DNA from: Candidatus Oscillibacter excrementigallinarum
GTDB taxonomy: Bacteria; Bacillota; Clostridia; Oscillospirales; Oscillospiraceae
Reading direction: 5' to 3'
DNA length: 64,000 nucleotides
Assembly: GCA_019118245.1 (NCBI GenBank)
Contig: DWZJ01000085.1
Location: 2,822 to 66,821, forward strand
A program made the position numbers and the translations under genes. Each line of letters begins with the position of its first letter. Positions within the stretch are counted from its first letter, which is position 1. Positions 1 to 7,450 of this stretch are shown here, one piece after another. A model generated the notes under the pieces. That model was not told the origin of the DNA, made no database searches, and saw nothing but the letters and a program-made list of their open reading frames with translations.

Positions 1-40
1 CTGGCCGCCGAAGCCGGAAATGATGATCTCTTTTTTCATC

Positions 41-799
41 TCACTTCACCTCCGCGTTCTCCAGAGCCGTCTCCTTGATGACGCCCAGAGGATAGTACGG
101 GACCATGTTGTCCTTCAGCCACTCGTTGGCCTTCAGCGGCGTCATGCCCCAGTTGGTGGGACAGGTGGACAGCACCTCGATGAAGGTGAAGCCCTCGCCG
201 TCCATCTGCTTCTGGAAGGCCTTCTTGATGGCCTTCTTGGCCTTGTTGATGTTGGCGATGTCCGTGACGCACACGCGCTCGGCGTACACGCAGCCGTCCA
301 GAGTGGACAGCAGCTCCGCCATGCGGATGGGCATACCGGCCTGCTCCTTGGTGCGGCCGTCCTGGCAGGTGGTGGCCTTCTGGCCGATCAGGGTGGTGGG
401 AGCCATCTGGCCGCCGGTCATGCCGTAGATGGCATTGTTGACGAAGATGGTGGTGAACTTCTCGCCCCGCATGGCGGCGTGGACGATCTCCGCCGCGCCG
501 ATGGAGGCCAGGTCACCGTCGCCCTGGTATGTAAACACCGCCTGATGGGGATGGGTGCGCTTGATGCCGGTGGCAACGGCCGGCGCGCGGCCGTGGGCAG
601 CCTCCTGCATATCACAGTTGAAATACTTATAGGCAAACACGGAGCAGCCTACGGGGCAGACGCCGATGGCGTCATCCAGCAGGCCCAGTTCCACCAGGGA
701 CTCCGCCACCAGCTTGTGGATGATGCCGTGGTGGCAGCCGGGGCAGTAGTGGAACTCCACGTCCGTCAGGCCCCGGGATTTCTCATATACGATCGCCAT
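41..799 (-). CDS. 2-oxoacid:ferredoxin oxidoreductase beta subunit (TPP-binding)
   Basis: YCPGCHHG N-terminal motif, GCS, and TPP-binding GDGD...NNAIYGMTGGQ motif; follows alpha subunit in operon. Confidence 0.93.
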   Translation of the reverse strand: MAIVYEKSRGLTDVEFHYCPGCHHGIIHKLVAESLVELGLLDDAIGVCPVGCSVFAYKYFNCDMQEAAHGRAPAVATGIKRTHPHQAVFTYQGDGDLASIGAAEIVHAAMRGEKFTTIFVNNAIYGMTGGQMAPTTLIGQKATTCQDGRTKEQAGMPIRMAELLSTLDGCVYAERVCVTDIANINKAKKAIKKAFQKQMDGEGFTFIEVLSTCPTNWGMTPLKANEWLKDNMVPYYPLGVIKETALENAEVK

Positions 800-800
800 T

Positions 801-1871
801 TCACTTGCCCTCCTTCAAAGCGGCCTTGACAGCCTCCACCATCTCTTCCACCGTGGGCATCACGCCGCCGGCATGGCCCAGGTAGTGGATGGGCTTTCTG
901 CCCTCGACAGACAGCCGCACATCGTCGATCATCTGGCCGGTGGAGCTCATCTCCACGTCCACGAAGGCCTTCACATGGTCGGCCTTGGAGAGCTTGCGCA
1001 GCGCCTCCTCCGGGAAGGGCCACAGGGTGATGGGACGGAACAGGCCCACCTTCAGCCCTTCGGCCCGCAGGGTCTCCAGGGCGGTCAGGGCGATCCGGGC
1101 GGGGGTGCCGTAGGCGGTGATGACGATCTCGGCGTCCTCGCACTCCGTCTCGGACCAGCGGACCTCGTTCTTCTCTATCAGAGCGTACTTCTCCGCCAGA
1201 TGGTCGTTGTGGCGGTCGCACTCCTCGGGATCCATGTACAGGGAGTTGATGATGTTGTTGTGGTCCCGGTCCTTGCGGCCGGTGGTGGCCCAGTCCTTGG
1301 CAGGCAGGTCCCGCTTGGGGATGGGATGCCACTCGATGGGCTCCATCATCTGGCCGATCAGGCCGTCCATGACCACCATGACGGGGTTGCGGTACTGGTC
1401 GGCGATGTCAAACGCCTCCTGGACGAAGTCCACGGCCTCCTGCACGTTGGAGGGGGAGAGGACCAGCGTCCGGTAGTCACCGTTGCCGCCGCCGCGGGTG
1501 GCCTGGTAGTAGTCGCCCTGGCCGGGCTGGATGGTGCCCAGGCCCGGGCCGCCGCGCATGCAGTTGACGATGACGCAGGGCAGCTCGGCGCCGGCGATGT
1601 ATGTGATGCCCTCCTGCTTCAGGCTGATGCCGGGAGAGGAGGAGGAAGTCATGGCCCGCATACCGGCGCCGGCAGCGCCGTACACCATGTTGATGGCCGC
1701 GACCTCGGACTCAGACTGCAGGAACACGCCGCCTGCCTTGGGCAGGTGGGCGGACATATATTCCGGGACCTCGCTCTGCGGGGTGATGGGATAGCCGAAG
1801 AAGCAGTCGCACCCGGCACGGATGGCCGCTTCGGCAATGGCTTCGTTGCCTTTCCAAAGTTCTTTTTCCAC
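801..1871 (-). CDS. 2-oxoacid:ferredoxin oxidoreductase alpha subunit
   Basis: KGNEAIAEAA, GYPITPQSE, ESEVAA, TSSSSPG motifs; start moved to GTG at 1871 behind an AGGAGGT SD because the track ORF (to 2051) overlaps the ferredoxin gene. Confidence 0.92.
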   Translation of the reverse strand: MEKELWKGNEAIAEAAIRAGCDCFFGYPITPQSEVPEYMSAHLPKAGGVFLQSESEVAAINMVYGAAGAGMRAMTSSSSPGISLKQEGITYIAGAELPCVIVNCMRGGPGLGTIQPGQGDYYQATRGGGNGDYRTLVLSPSNVQEAVDFVQEAFDIADQYRNPVMVVMDGLIGQMMEPIEWHPIPKRDLPAKDWATTGRKDRDHNNIINSLYMDPEECDRHNDHLAEKYALIEKNEVRWSETECEDAEIVITAYGTPARIALTALETLRAEGLKVGLFRPITLWPFPEEALRKLSKADHVKAFVDVEMSSTGQMIDDVRLSVEGRKPIHYLGHAGGVMPTVEEMVEAVKAALKEGK

Positions 1872-1888
1872 TGTCGATGACCTCCTTC

Positions 1889-2101
1889 TCAGAACTTTTC
1901 CACGGTGATGATGGAATCCGGGCAGATCTTTGCGCAGCTGGCGCAGGCGATGCACGCGGTGATGTCCGTCACATGGGCGGGGTGATACCCCTTGCGGTTG
2001 ATGACGGTCTGATCGATGGCCACGATGTGCTTCGGGCACACGGTGGTGCACAGCTCACATCCCTTGCACCGGTCAGAGTTGAAGGTTACCTTGGCTGTCA
2101 T
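1889..2101 (-). CDS. 2x[4Fe-4S] ferredoxin-like delta subunit
   Basis: Two CxxCxxCxxxCP motifs (CKGCELCTTVCP; CIACASCAKICP) in 70 aa, upstream of alpha subunit. Confidence 0.93.
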   Translation of the reverse strand: MTAKVTFNSDRCKGCELCTTVCPKHIVAIDQTVINRKGYHPAHVTDITACIACASCAKICPDSIITVEKF

Positions 2102-2138
2102 GTCTGAAAGACGCCTCCTTTTCCCTGTTGCCGCGGGT

Positions 2139-2822
2139 TCAGCGCTCCCACGGCTTTTTCATGTTTATGGTGATGGGGAACACGGGTCCCCCCAGGTCTG
2201 ACACATCTTGTAAGAACCGCTTTTCCGCCGTGTGGCACAGGACGGGAAGGCCGGTCTGCCGGGAGACCTCCTCTGCCAAGGCCGCGCCCTTGCGGATCTC
2301 CGCCGGCGTGGTCTCGCCGCACAAATGGGTGTTGTTGACGATGCCGGAGCAGGTGAGGCCGGTGGTGGCCTCGATGGCCCGGAGATAGGCGATGGCGGAC
2401 TCCGGCGTCCGTACCTCCGGCCGGTTGGCGTTGAGGACGAAGATCAGCTGGTAGTCCTCCGCGATGATCTTGGGCTGGAACCGGGCCAGCACCCGGGCGC
2501 CCACGGGATCGCCGCCGATGTCCAGGATGCCCCGGACGTCCCGGTTTTCCAGGATGGCCAGCAGCTCCGCCGGCAGGGCGGGCACATCCGCGTCCGAGCA
2601 GGCCTGGGAGGAGGAGATCACCTGCACGCCGGCGGACTCCAGCAGAGGGCGCCGCTCCCGGGAGCGGAAATAGGGATTGACGATATCCAGGTCTGCCAGC
2701 ATGACCCGGCACCCCTCCCCGGCCAAGGCCAGGGCCAGATTGACCGCCAGTTCCGTCTTTCCCGTGCCATAGTGGCCGGTGATGATGGAGATCCGGTGTG
2801 AAAAAATGCTTTGCGCCGTCAC
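2139..2822 (-). CDS. P-loop NTP-binding protein (MinD/ParA/CooC-like), first gene of oxidoreductase operon
   Basis: Walker A GHYGTGKT, DLDIVNPYFRS, DIGGD. Confidence 0.8.
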   Translation of the reverse strand: MTAQSIFSHRISIITGHYGTGKTELAVNLALALAGEGCRVMLADLDIVNPYFRSRERRPLLESAGVQVISSSQACSDADVPALPAELLAILENRDVRGILDIGGDPVGARVLARFQPKIIAEDYQLIFVLNANRPEVRTPESAIAYLRAIEATTGLTCSGIVNNTHLCGETTPAEIRKGAALAEEVSRQTGLPVLCHTAEKRFLQDVSDLGGPVFPITINMKKPWER

Positions 2823-2855
2823 CGACAGATCACCTCACTTTTTTCTGAAAAAGGG

Positions 2856-2884
2856 TTGTATTATTTTTACTTTTGTTGTATGAT
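2856..2884 (+). promoter_or_regulatory. sigma-A promoter for gntR-family gene
   Basis: TTGTAT (2856-2861), 17 bp, TATGAT (2879-2884). Confidence 0.55.
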
Positions 2885-2887
2885 GTC

Positions 2888-2916
2888 ATTGTACCTTAAA
2901 AGAGATATGATGTCAA
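2888..2916 (-). promoter_or_regulatory. sigma-A promoter for the oxidoreductase operon
   Basis: Minus strand TTGACA (2911-2916), 17 bp, TACAAT (2888-2893). Confidence 0.75.
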
Positions 2917-2989
2917 GTGCATTCCCGGATATTTCTGCCCGGATAGGGACCTCTGGCAGAACGGTACCACGGCACACGGAGGAATCAAT

Positions 2990-3673
2990 ATGGGAGACGG
3001 AAGGAAAGTCAAACTGTCTGAGCGGACGGCGGACCATCTGTACGAGCTGATCATGGAGGAACGGCGGTTCGCGCCGGGGAGCAAGCTGCCCAATGAGAAC
3101 GAGCTCAGCGAGGCACTGCACGTCAGCCGCACCACCCTGCGGGAGGCCATCTCCTTCCTGGTGGCCCAGGGAGTGCTGGAGATCCGGCGGGGCAAGGGCA
3201 CCTTTGTGGTGGAGGACCTGCCCTCCAGCGCGGTGGATCTGACGGCCCTGTCGGGGCTGCGCTCCCGGGTGCGGGCCCGGGATCTGTTTGAGATGCGGCT
3301 GATTTTTGAGCCCGCCACCGTGGCCCTGGCCTGCCAGCGGGCCACGGACGAGGAGCTGGTCCAGATCCAGCACAAGGCCGCCAAGATGGAGCGGATCGCC
3401 CGGGAGGGAGGCGACTGGCCTCTGGCGGACCAGGAGTTCCACATGGCCATCATCAAGGCGTCCCACAACGAATATATGCGCCGGCTGTACCCCATCATCA
3501 ACAGCGCGGTGAACGAGATCCTCCAGGTCTCCGCCAACCGGGAGCATATGCAGAGCGTTGCCATCGCGGACAACAAGATGATCCTGGATTTCCTGATGCA
3601 GCGGGACGAGGCGGGCGCCCGCCACGCCATGAGCATCCACATCCGCCATCTGCTGAACACCCTGAAGGGCTGA
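2990..3673 (+). CDS. GntR/FadR-family transcriptional regulator
   Basis: wHTH KLPNENELSEALHVSRTTLREA...RGKGTFV; FCD C-terminal domain (DQEFH, SHN). Confidence 0.93.
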   Translation: MGDGRKVKLSERTADHLYELIMEERRFAPGSKLPNENELSEALHVSRTTLREAISFLVAQGVLEIRRGKGTFVVEDLPSSAVDLTALSGLRSRVRARDLFEMRLIFEPATVALACQRATDEELVQIQHKAAKMERIAREGGDWPLADQEFHMAIIKASHNEYMRRLYPIINSAVNEILQVSANREHMQSVAIADNKMILDFLMQRDEAGARHAMSIHIRHLLNTLKG

Positions 3674-3704
3674 CGGACCGCCCCAGGCCAAACAGACCCA
3701 AAAC

Positions 3705-3732
3705 GCGCCCCCGGGAATGCCCCCGGGGGCGC
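3705..3732. terminator. GC-rich hairpin between convergent genes
   Basis: GCGCCCCCGGG / CCCGGGGGCGC inverted repeat. Confidence 0.55.
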
Positions 3733-3755
3733 GCTGTTTGAGCGGGACAGAACGA

Positions 3756-5630
3756 TCAGGCCCGCCGCCTCCATTTCAGCAGCAGGGAGGAGTTGACGAT
3801 CACCAGCACGGATCCGGCGTTGTGGACCAGGGCCCCCACCACGGGGTTCAGGATGCCGGTGATGGCCAGGGCGATGGCCAGGAAATTCAGGGTCATGGAA
3901 AAGGTCAGATTGACCTTGATGGTCCGCATCATCCGCCTGGAGAGGGCCAGCAGGTGGGGCAGCTCCCGGATGTCGTCGTTCACCAGGGCGATGTCCGCCG
4001 CGTCCACGGCGATGTCGCTGCCCACGCCCCCCATGGCGATGCCCACGTGGGCCCGCTTCAGGGCCGGGGCGTCGTTGATGCCGTCCCCCACCATGCAGAC
4101 CAGCTGGCCTGAGCGCTGGCTACGGTCGATCCAGGCCAGTTTGTCCTCCGGCAGGCACTCCGCCTGGAAGGCGGAGATGCCCAGCTGTCCGGCGATGTGG
4201 CGGGCGGCCTTCTCGTGGTCGCCGGTCAGCAGCACCGGCGTCACGCCGGCGGCCTGGACGTTCCGGATGGTCTGGGCGGCATCGGGCCGCACCGTGTCCG
4301 CCAGGGCCAGGAAGCCCGCCGGACGGCCGTCCACGGCGATGTAAATGACGGTGCAGCCCTGCTCCAGGGCAGGGGCCGCGGCCCGGGACAGGGGCTCCCA
4401 GGGGATGTTCCGCTCCGTCAGCAGCTCCCGGTTGCCGGCGATGACCTGATGGCCCGCAACGGCGGCAGACACGCCCCGGCCGGGGAGCATCTGGAAGTCC
4501 TCCGCCTCCGGCGGCGCCCCGCCGGTCTCGGTCCGCCAGCCCTGGATGATGGCCCGGCCCAGCGGGTGCTCGGACCGGAGCTCCGCACCGGCGGTCCAGC
4601 CGTAGAGGTCCTGCCGGGAGATGTCCGGCAGCAGGCTTTCCACCGCCGTCACCTGGGGGGCGCCGAAGGTCAGGGTGCCGGTCTTGTCAAAGGTCACCTG
4701 GGAGACGGAGGCCAGCTGCTCCAGGGCGTCCCCCTCCCGCACCAGGAAGCTGTGCCTGGTGGCGTTGCCGATGGCAGCCATGATGGCCGTGGGCGTGGCC
4801 AGCACCAGGGCACAGGGGCAGAACACCACCAGGATGGTCACCGCCCGGATGGGATCCCGGGTGAGGAGGCCCGTGAGGGCGGCGGCGGTGAGGGCCGCCA
4901 CCACGATCCAGGTGGCCCAGCGGTCCGCCAGCCCCACGATCTTGGCCTTGCCGGCGTCGGCGGACTGGACCAGTCGGATCATCCGCTGGATGGAGCTGTC
5001 CTCCCCCACCTTGGTGGCCCGCATCTCGAAGGCGCCGAACTGGTTCACCGTGCCGCTGGACACCTGGTCCCCCGGCCCCTTGTCCACCGGCAGGGACTCG
5101 CCGGTCATCACCGCCTGGTTGATGGAGGTGTGTCCCGTGAGGATGACGCCGTCCACGGGGACGGTCTCCCCCGGCAGGACCCGGAGCACGTCGTCCACCG
5201 CCACCTGCTCCGCCGGGATGACCTCCTCCCCGCCGTCATGGAGGCGGCGGGCGGTCTGGGGGGTCAGGTGGACCAGCTTCTCGATGCCCGCCCGGGCCTT
5301 TGCCACGGTCAGATCCTCCAGCAGGGCCCCCAGCTGCATGATGAAGGCCACCTCGCCGGCGGCGAAGTCCTCCCCGATGAGGAGGGAGGCGATGAGGGCG
5401 ATGGACACCAGCACGTCCGCCTTGATGTCAAAGGCCGTCACCAGGCCGATGACCGCCTCCAGAATGATGGGGACGCCGCAGAGGATCACCGCCGCCCAGG
5501 CGGCGTCAAAGGGCAGCTGGGGCAGGAGGTCGAAGATGCTGACGAGCAGGGCGGCGCCGGAGAGGACCAGGCAGGTCACGTCCTTCTTCACGCCGCCCCA
5601 CTCCAGAAACCGCTCCAGGGCATGGATCAC
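3756..5630 (-). CDS. P1B-type heavy-metal-translocating ATPase without N-terminal metal-binding domain
   Basis: TGES, CPC, DKTGT, SEHPL, TGD, GDGIND motifs; start at GTG 5630 or 5639 behind AGAAAGGA (track start 5678 runs into operator/promoter). Confidence 0.92.
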   Translation of the reverse strand: MIHALERFLEWGGVKKDVTCLVLSGAALLVSIFDLLPQLPFDAAWAAVILCGVPIILEAVIGLVTAFDIKADVLVSIALIASLLIGEDFAAGEVAFIMQLGALLEDLTVAKARAGIEKLVHLTPQTARRLHDGGEEVIPAEQVAVDDVLRVLPGETVPVDGVILTGHTSINQAVMTGESLPVDKGPGDQVSSGTVNQFGAFEMRATKVGEDSSIQRMIRLVQSADAGKAKIVGLADRWATWIVVAALTAAALTGLLTRDPIRAVTILVVFCPCALVLATPTAIMAAIGNATRHSFLVREGDALEQLASVSQVTFDKTGTLTFGAPQVTAVESLLPDISRQDLYGWTAGAELRSEHPLGRAIIQGWRTETGGAPPEAEDFQMLPGRGVSAAVAGHQVIAGNRELLTERNIPWEPLSRAAAPALEQGCTVIYIAVDGRPAGFLALADTVRPDAAQTIRNVQAAGVTPVLLTGDHEKAARHIAGQLGISAFQAECLPEDKLAWIDRSQRSGQLVCMVGDGINDAPALKRAHVGIAMGGVGSDIAVDAADIALVNDDIRELPHLLALSRRMMRTIKVNLTFSMTLNFLAIALAITGILNPVVGALVHNAGSVLVIVNSSLLLKWRRRA

Positions 5631-5646
5631 GGGGGTCACATCCTTT

Positions 5647-5668
5647 CTTATACCTATAGGGGTATAAG
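5647..5668. promoter_or_regulatory. CsoR-type operator upstream of the ATPase
   Basis: CTTATACC-TATAGG-GGTATAAG inverted repeat just downstream of minus-strand promoter TTGACA(5693-5698)-17-TACGAT(5670-5675); resembles the ATACC...GGGGTAT CsoR boxes of Bacillus copZA. Confidence 0.75.
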
Positions 5669-5717
5669 TATCGTACACCAGAGAAGGGCCACTGTCAAGG
5701 AAAAGATGTGCCCGCCC

Positions 5718-5746
5718 TTGCCTTTTGGGGCGGTGGTCCGTATAAT
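5718..5746 (+). promoter_or_regulatory. sigma-A promoter for the hypothetical gene
   Basis: TTGCCT (5718-5723), 17 bp, TATAAT (5741-5746). Confidence 0.6.
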
Positions 5747-5780
5747 GGGGTTGTCTGAAATTCTGCGCCGCTGAAGGTGC

Positions 5781-6305
5781 GTGGGGGGGATCGTGCGATG
5801 GGCTTTCTCAATAAAAAAACCGATTATCAAGACTGAGGGCTTTCAGCCGCTGGAACTGAACGAGGGCAATGTCCAGGCCATCTTCAATCGGTGCTTGGCG
5901 AAAGAGGGCGAGGACTTCTATAATGTTCAGGTGGTCGGCTCAGAACTGTCAAAGAACCCTTCGGATATTGTCCGGTTGTCCGGGGAGAAAATGGAAAAAA
6001 ACGGTCAGAATATCCGTTATCTGCTGGGCCAGTTGAAAACAATCCATCTCTCCGATGTAAAAGCAATCACACTGCAAGAGGGTTTCTTCCGATATGACAA
6101 TCATGTGTGGACGAAAGACTTTAATTTCCTTTTTCAACTCTATGCATTGGCGTTGGGCTGTGTCTATTTCCGTGGCTTTAGCCAAACAAAGGACGGGAAT
6201 ATTACCAGCCTGATAGATTACAACCGTTGTACTCCCACCCTCTCCCTCAAAGACCCGGCGTTCCCGGCGTGGTGGGAACAGCATAAATCTGAATGGGAAG
6301 CATGA
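5781..6305 (+). CDS. hypothetical protein, possibly frameshifted near the 5' end
   Basis: 174-codon open frame, visibly more AT-rich than its neighbours; the best SD+ATG (5798) is out of frame by one A in an A7 run at 5813-5819. Confidence 0.6.
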   Translation: MGGIVRWAFSIKKPIIKTEGFQPLELNEGNVQAIFNRCLAKEGEDFYNVQVVGSELSKNPSDIVRLSGEKMEKNGQNIRYLLGQLKTIHLSDVKAITLQEGFFRYDNHVWTKDFNFLFQLYALALGCVYFRGFSQTKDGNITSLIDYNRCTPTLSLKDPAFPAWWEQHKSEWEA

Positions 6306-6309
6306 CCCT

Positions 6310-6469
6310 GTAGGGGCGGACCTATGTGTCCGCCCGTCCCCCATCTCCGCACCAGTTCCCCCGGGCGGCAGATTGCCGCCCCTACGGCGCAGAACGGGGC
6401 CGGTCCGTCATCGAGGGACGGGGCCATTTCATCATCGAAAAGCGGGCCGACACGCAGGCCGGCCCCTGC
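6310..6469. repeat. cluster of three GTAG-type REP-like palindromes
   Basis: GTAGGGGCGGACCTATGTGTCCGCCC (+, 6310-6335); GTAGGGGCGGCAATCTGCCGCCC (-, 6363-6385); GCAGGGGCCGGCCTGCGTGTCGGCCC (-, 6444-6469). Confidence 0.75.
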
Positions 6470-6498
6470 GGGGACATCCCGCCGGAAAGGAGCATCCC

Positions 6499-6966
6499 AT
6501 GGACCTGCGCCGCTACCGCACCGAGGACCTGCCCGCCCTGGCCCGCCTGTTCGGCGAGACCGTCCGGCGGGTGAATATCCGGGACTACACCCCCGCCCAG
6601 GCCGAAGCCTGGGCCGCCGGAGAGGCGGACCTGCTGACCCGGGACGACTGGTTCCGCCGTCTGTACACCCTGGTGGCGGAGATCGACGGCCAGATCGCGG
6701 GCTACGGCAACGTGGACGCCACCGGCTACCTGGACCATCTGTTCGTCCGGTGGGACTGCCAGGGCCGGGGCATCGCCACAGCGATCTGTGACGCGCTGGA
6801 GGAACACTGCCGGGACCTGGGGCTGGAGGCAGTCACCGTCCACGCCTCCAAAACCGCGCTGCCGTTTTTCCTCCACAGAGGATACCGGGTGGAGTGGGAG
6901 CAGCAGGTGCCGGTACGGGGGCAGGTGCTGACCAACTACGCCATGCGCAAGGAATTACGCAGATAG
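6499..6966 (+). CDS. GNAT-family N-acetyltransferase (YafP-like)
   Basis: LDHLFV...QGRGIAT motif A, VHASKTALPFF; ATG 6499 behind AAAGGAG. Confidence 0.88.
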   Translation: MDLRRYRTEDLPALARLFGETVRRVNIRDYTPAQAEAWAAGEADLLTRDDWFRRLYTLVAEIDGQIAGYGNVDATGYLDHLFVRWDCQGRGIATAICDALEEHCRDLGLEAVTVHASKTALPFFLHRGYRVEWEQQVPVRGQVLTNYAMRKELRR

Positions 6967-6978
6967 GAGATGCGGGAA

Positions 6979-7081
6979 AATTAGGAATTAGGAATGAGAA
7001 ATTAGGAATTTCGGTGTCCGGCGGAGCCGGACGAATTGGAATTGCCGCCGCAGGCGGCTCCGCAATTCCTAACTCCTAACT
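6979..7081. repeat. dispersed element with (AATTAGG)n / (AATTCCT)n inverted heptamer arms, copy A
   Basis: 4 left heptamers 6979-7006, core hairpins GTCCGGC-GGA-GCCGGAC and GCCGCC-GCA-GGCGGC, inverted arms 7064-7081; homologous to 25020-25139. Confidence 0.85.
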
Positions 7082-7112
7082 GAAAAAGAGGCGCCGCAGG
7101 CGCCTCTTTTTC
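7082..7112. terminator. bidirectional intrinsic terminator
   Basis: GAAAAAGAGGCGCC-GCA-GGCGCCTCTTTTTC, perfect 14-bp stem between convergent genes. Confidence 0.85.
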
Positions 7113-7388
7113 TTATCCCATGTTGGAGAACCGCTCCACCGCCTTGGTGAAGCTCTCTATGGTCTTGTCCGCGTCGCCGTGCTGAATGCCGTCCCGGACG
7201 CAGTGCTGGATGTGTCCCTCCAGCACCACCTGCCCGCACTTGTGGAGGGCGGACTTGGCGGCGTTGATCTGGGACAGCACGTCCTCGCAGGGCACGTCCT
7301 CGTCCACCATGCGGTCAATGGCCTGCACCTGGCCGATGATTTTCTTCAGCCGCCGGTGCAGATTCTCCGCGTCCATACATTGTCTCAT
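7113..7388 (-). CDS. csoR: CsoR/RcnR-family metal-sensing repressor
   Basis: RLKKIIGQVQAI...PCEDVLSQINAAKSAL...LEGHIQHCV with Cys/His/Cys ligand pattern; GGAGG SD. Confidence 0.9.
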   Translation of the reverse strand: MRQCMDAENLHRRLKKIIGQVQAIDRMVDEDVPCEDVLSQINAAKSALHKCGQVVLEGHIQHCVRDGIQHGDADKTIESFTKAVERFSNMG

Positions 7389-7403
7389 ACCGACACCTCC
7401 CGG

Positions 7404-7419
7404 ATACCCAACGGGGTAT
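7404..7419. promoter_or_regulatory. CsoR-type operator (autoregulation)
   Basis: ATACCC-AACG-GGGTAT downstream of minus-strand promoter TTGACA(7449-7454)-17-GATAAT(7426-7431); same ATACC-N6-GGTAT core as 5650-5665. Confidence 0.75.
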
Positions 7420-7450
7420 GGGCATATTATCCGTCAGAGGCCGTGGTTTG

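Noticed and set aside
1872-2051. N-terminal extension of the oxidoreductase alpha subunit in the ORF track
   Set aside because: Overlaps the ferredoxin gene; a GTG with a strong SD at 1871 gives a normal-length protein.
6979-7081. CRISPR array interpretation of the heptamer repeats (also 25020-25139)
   Set aside because: Units are 7 nt, tandem and inverted, with no unique spacers and no cas genes.
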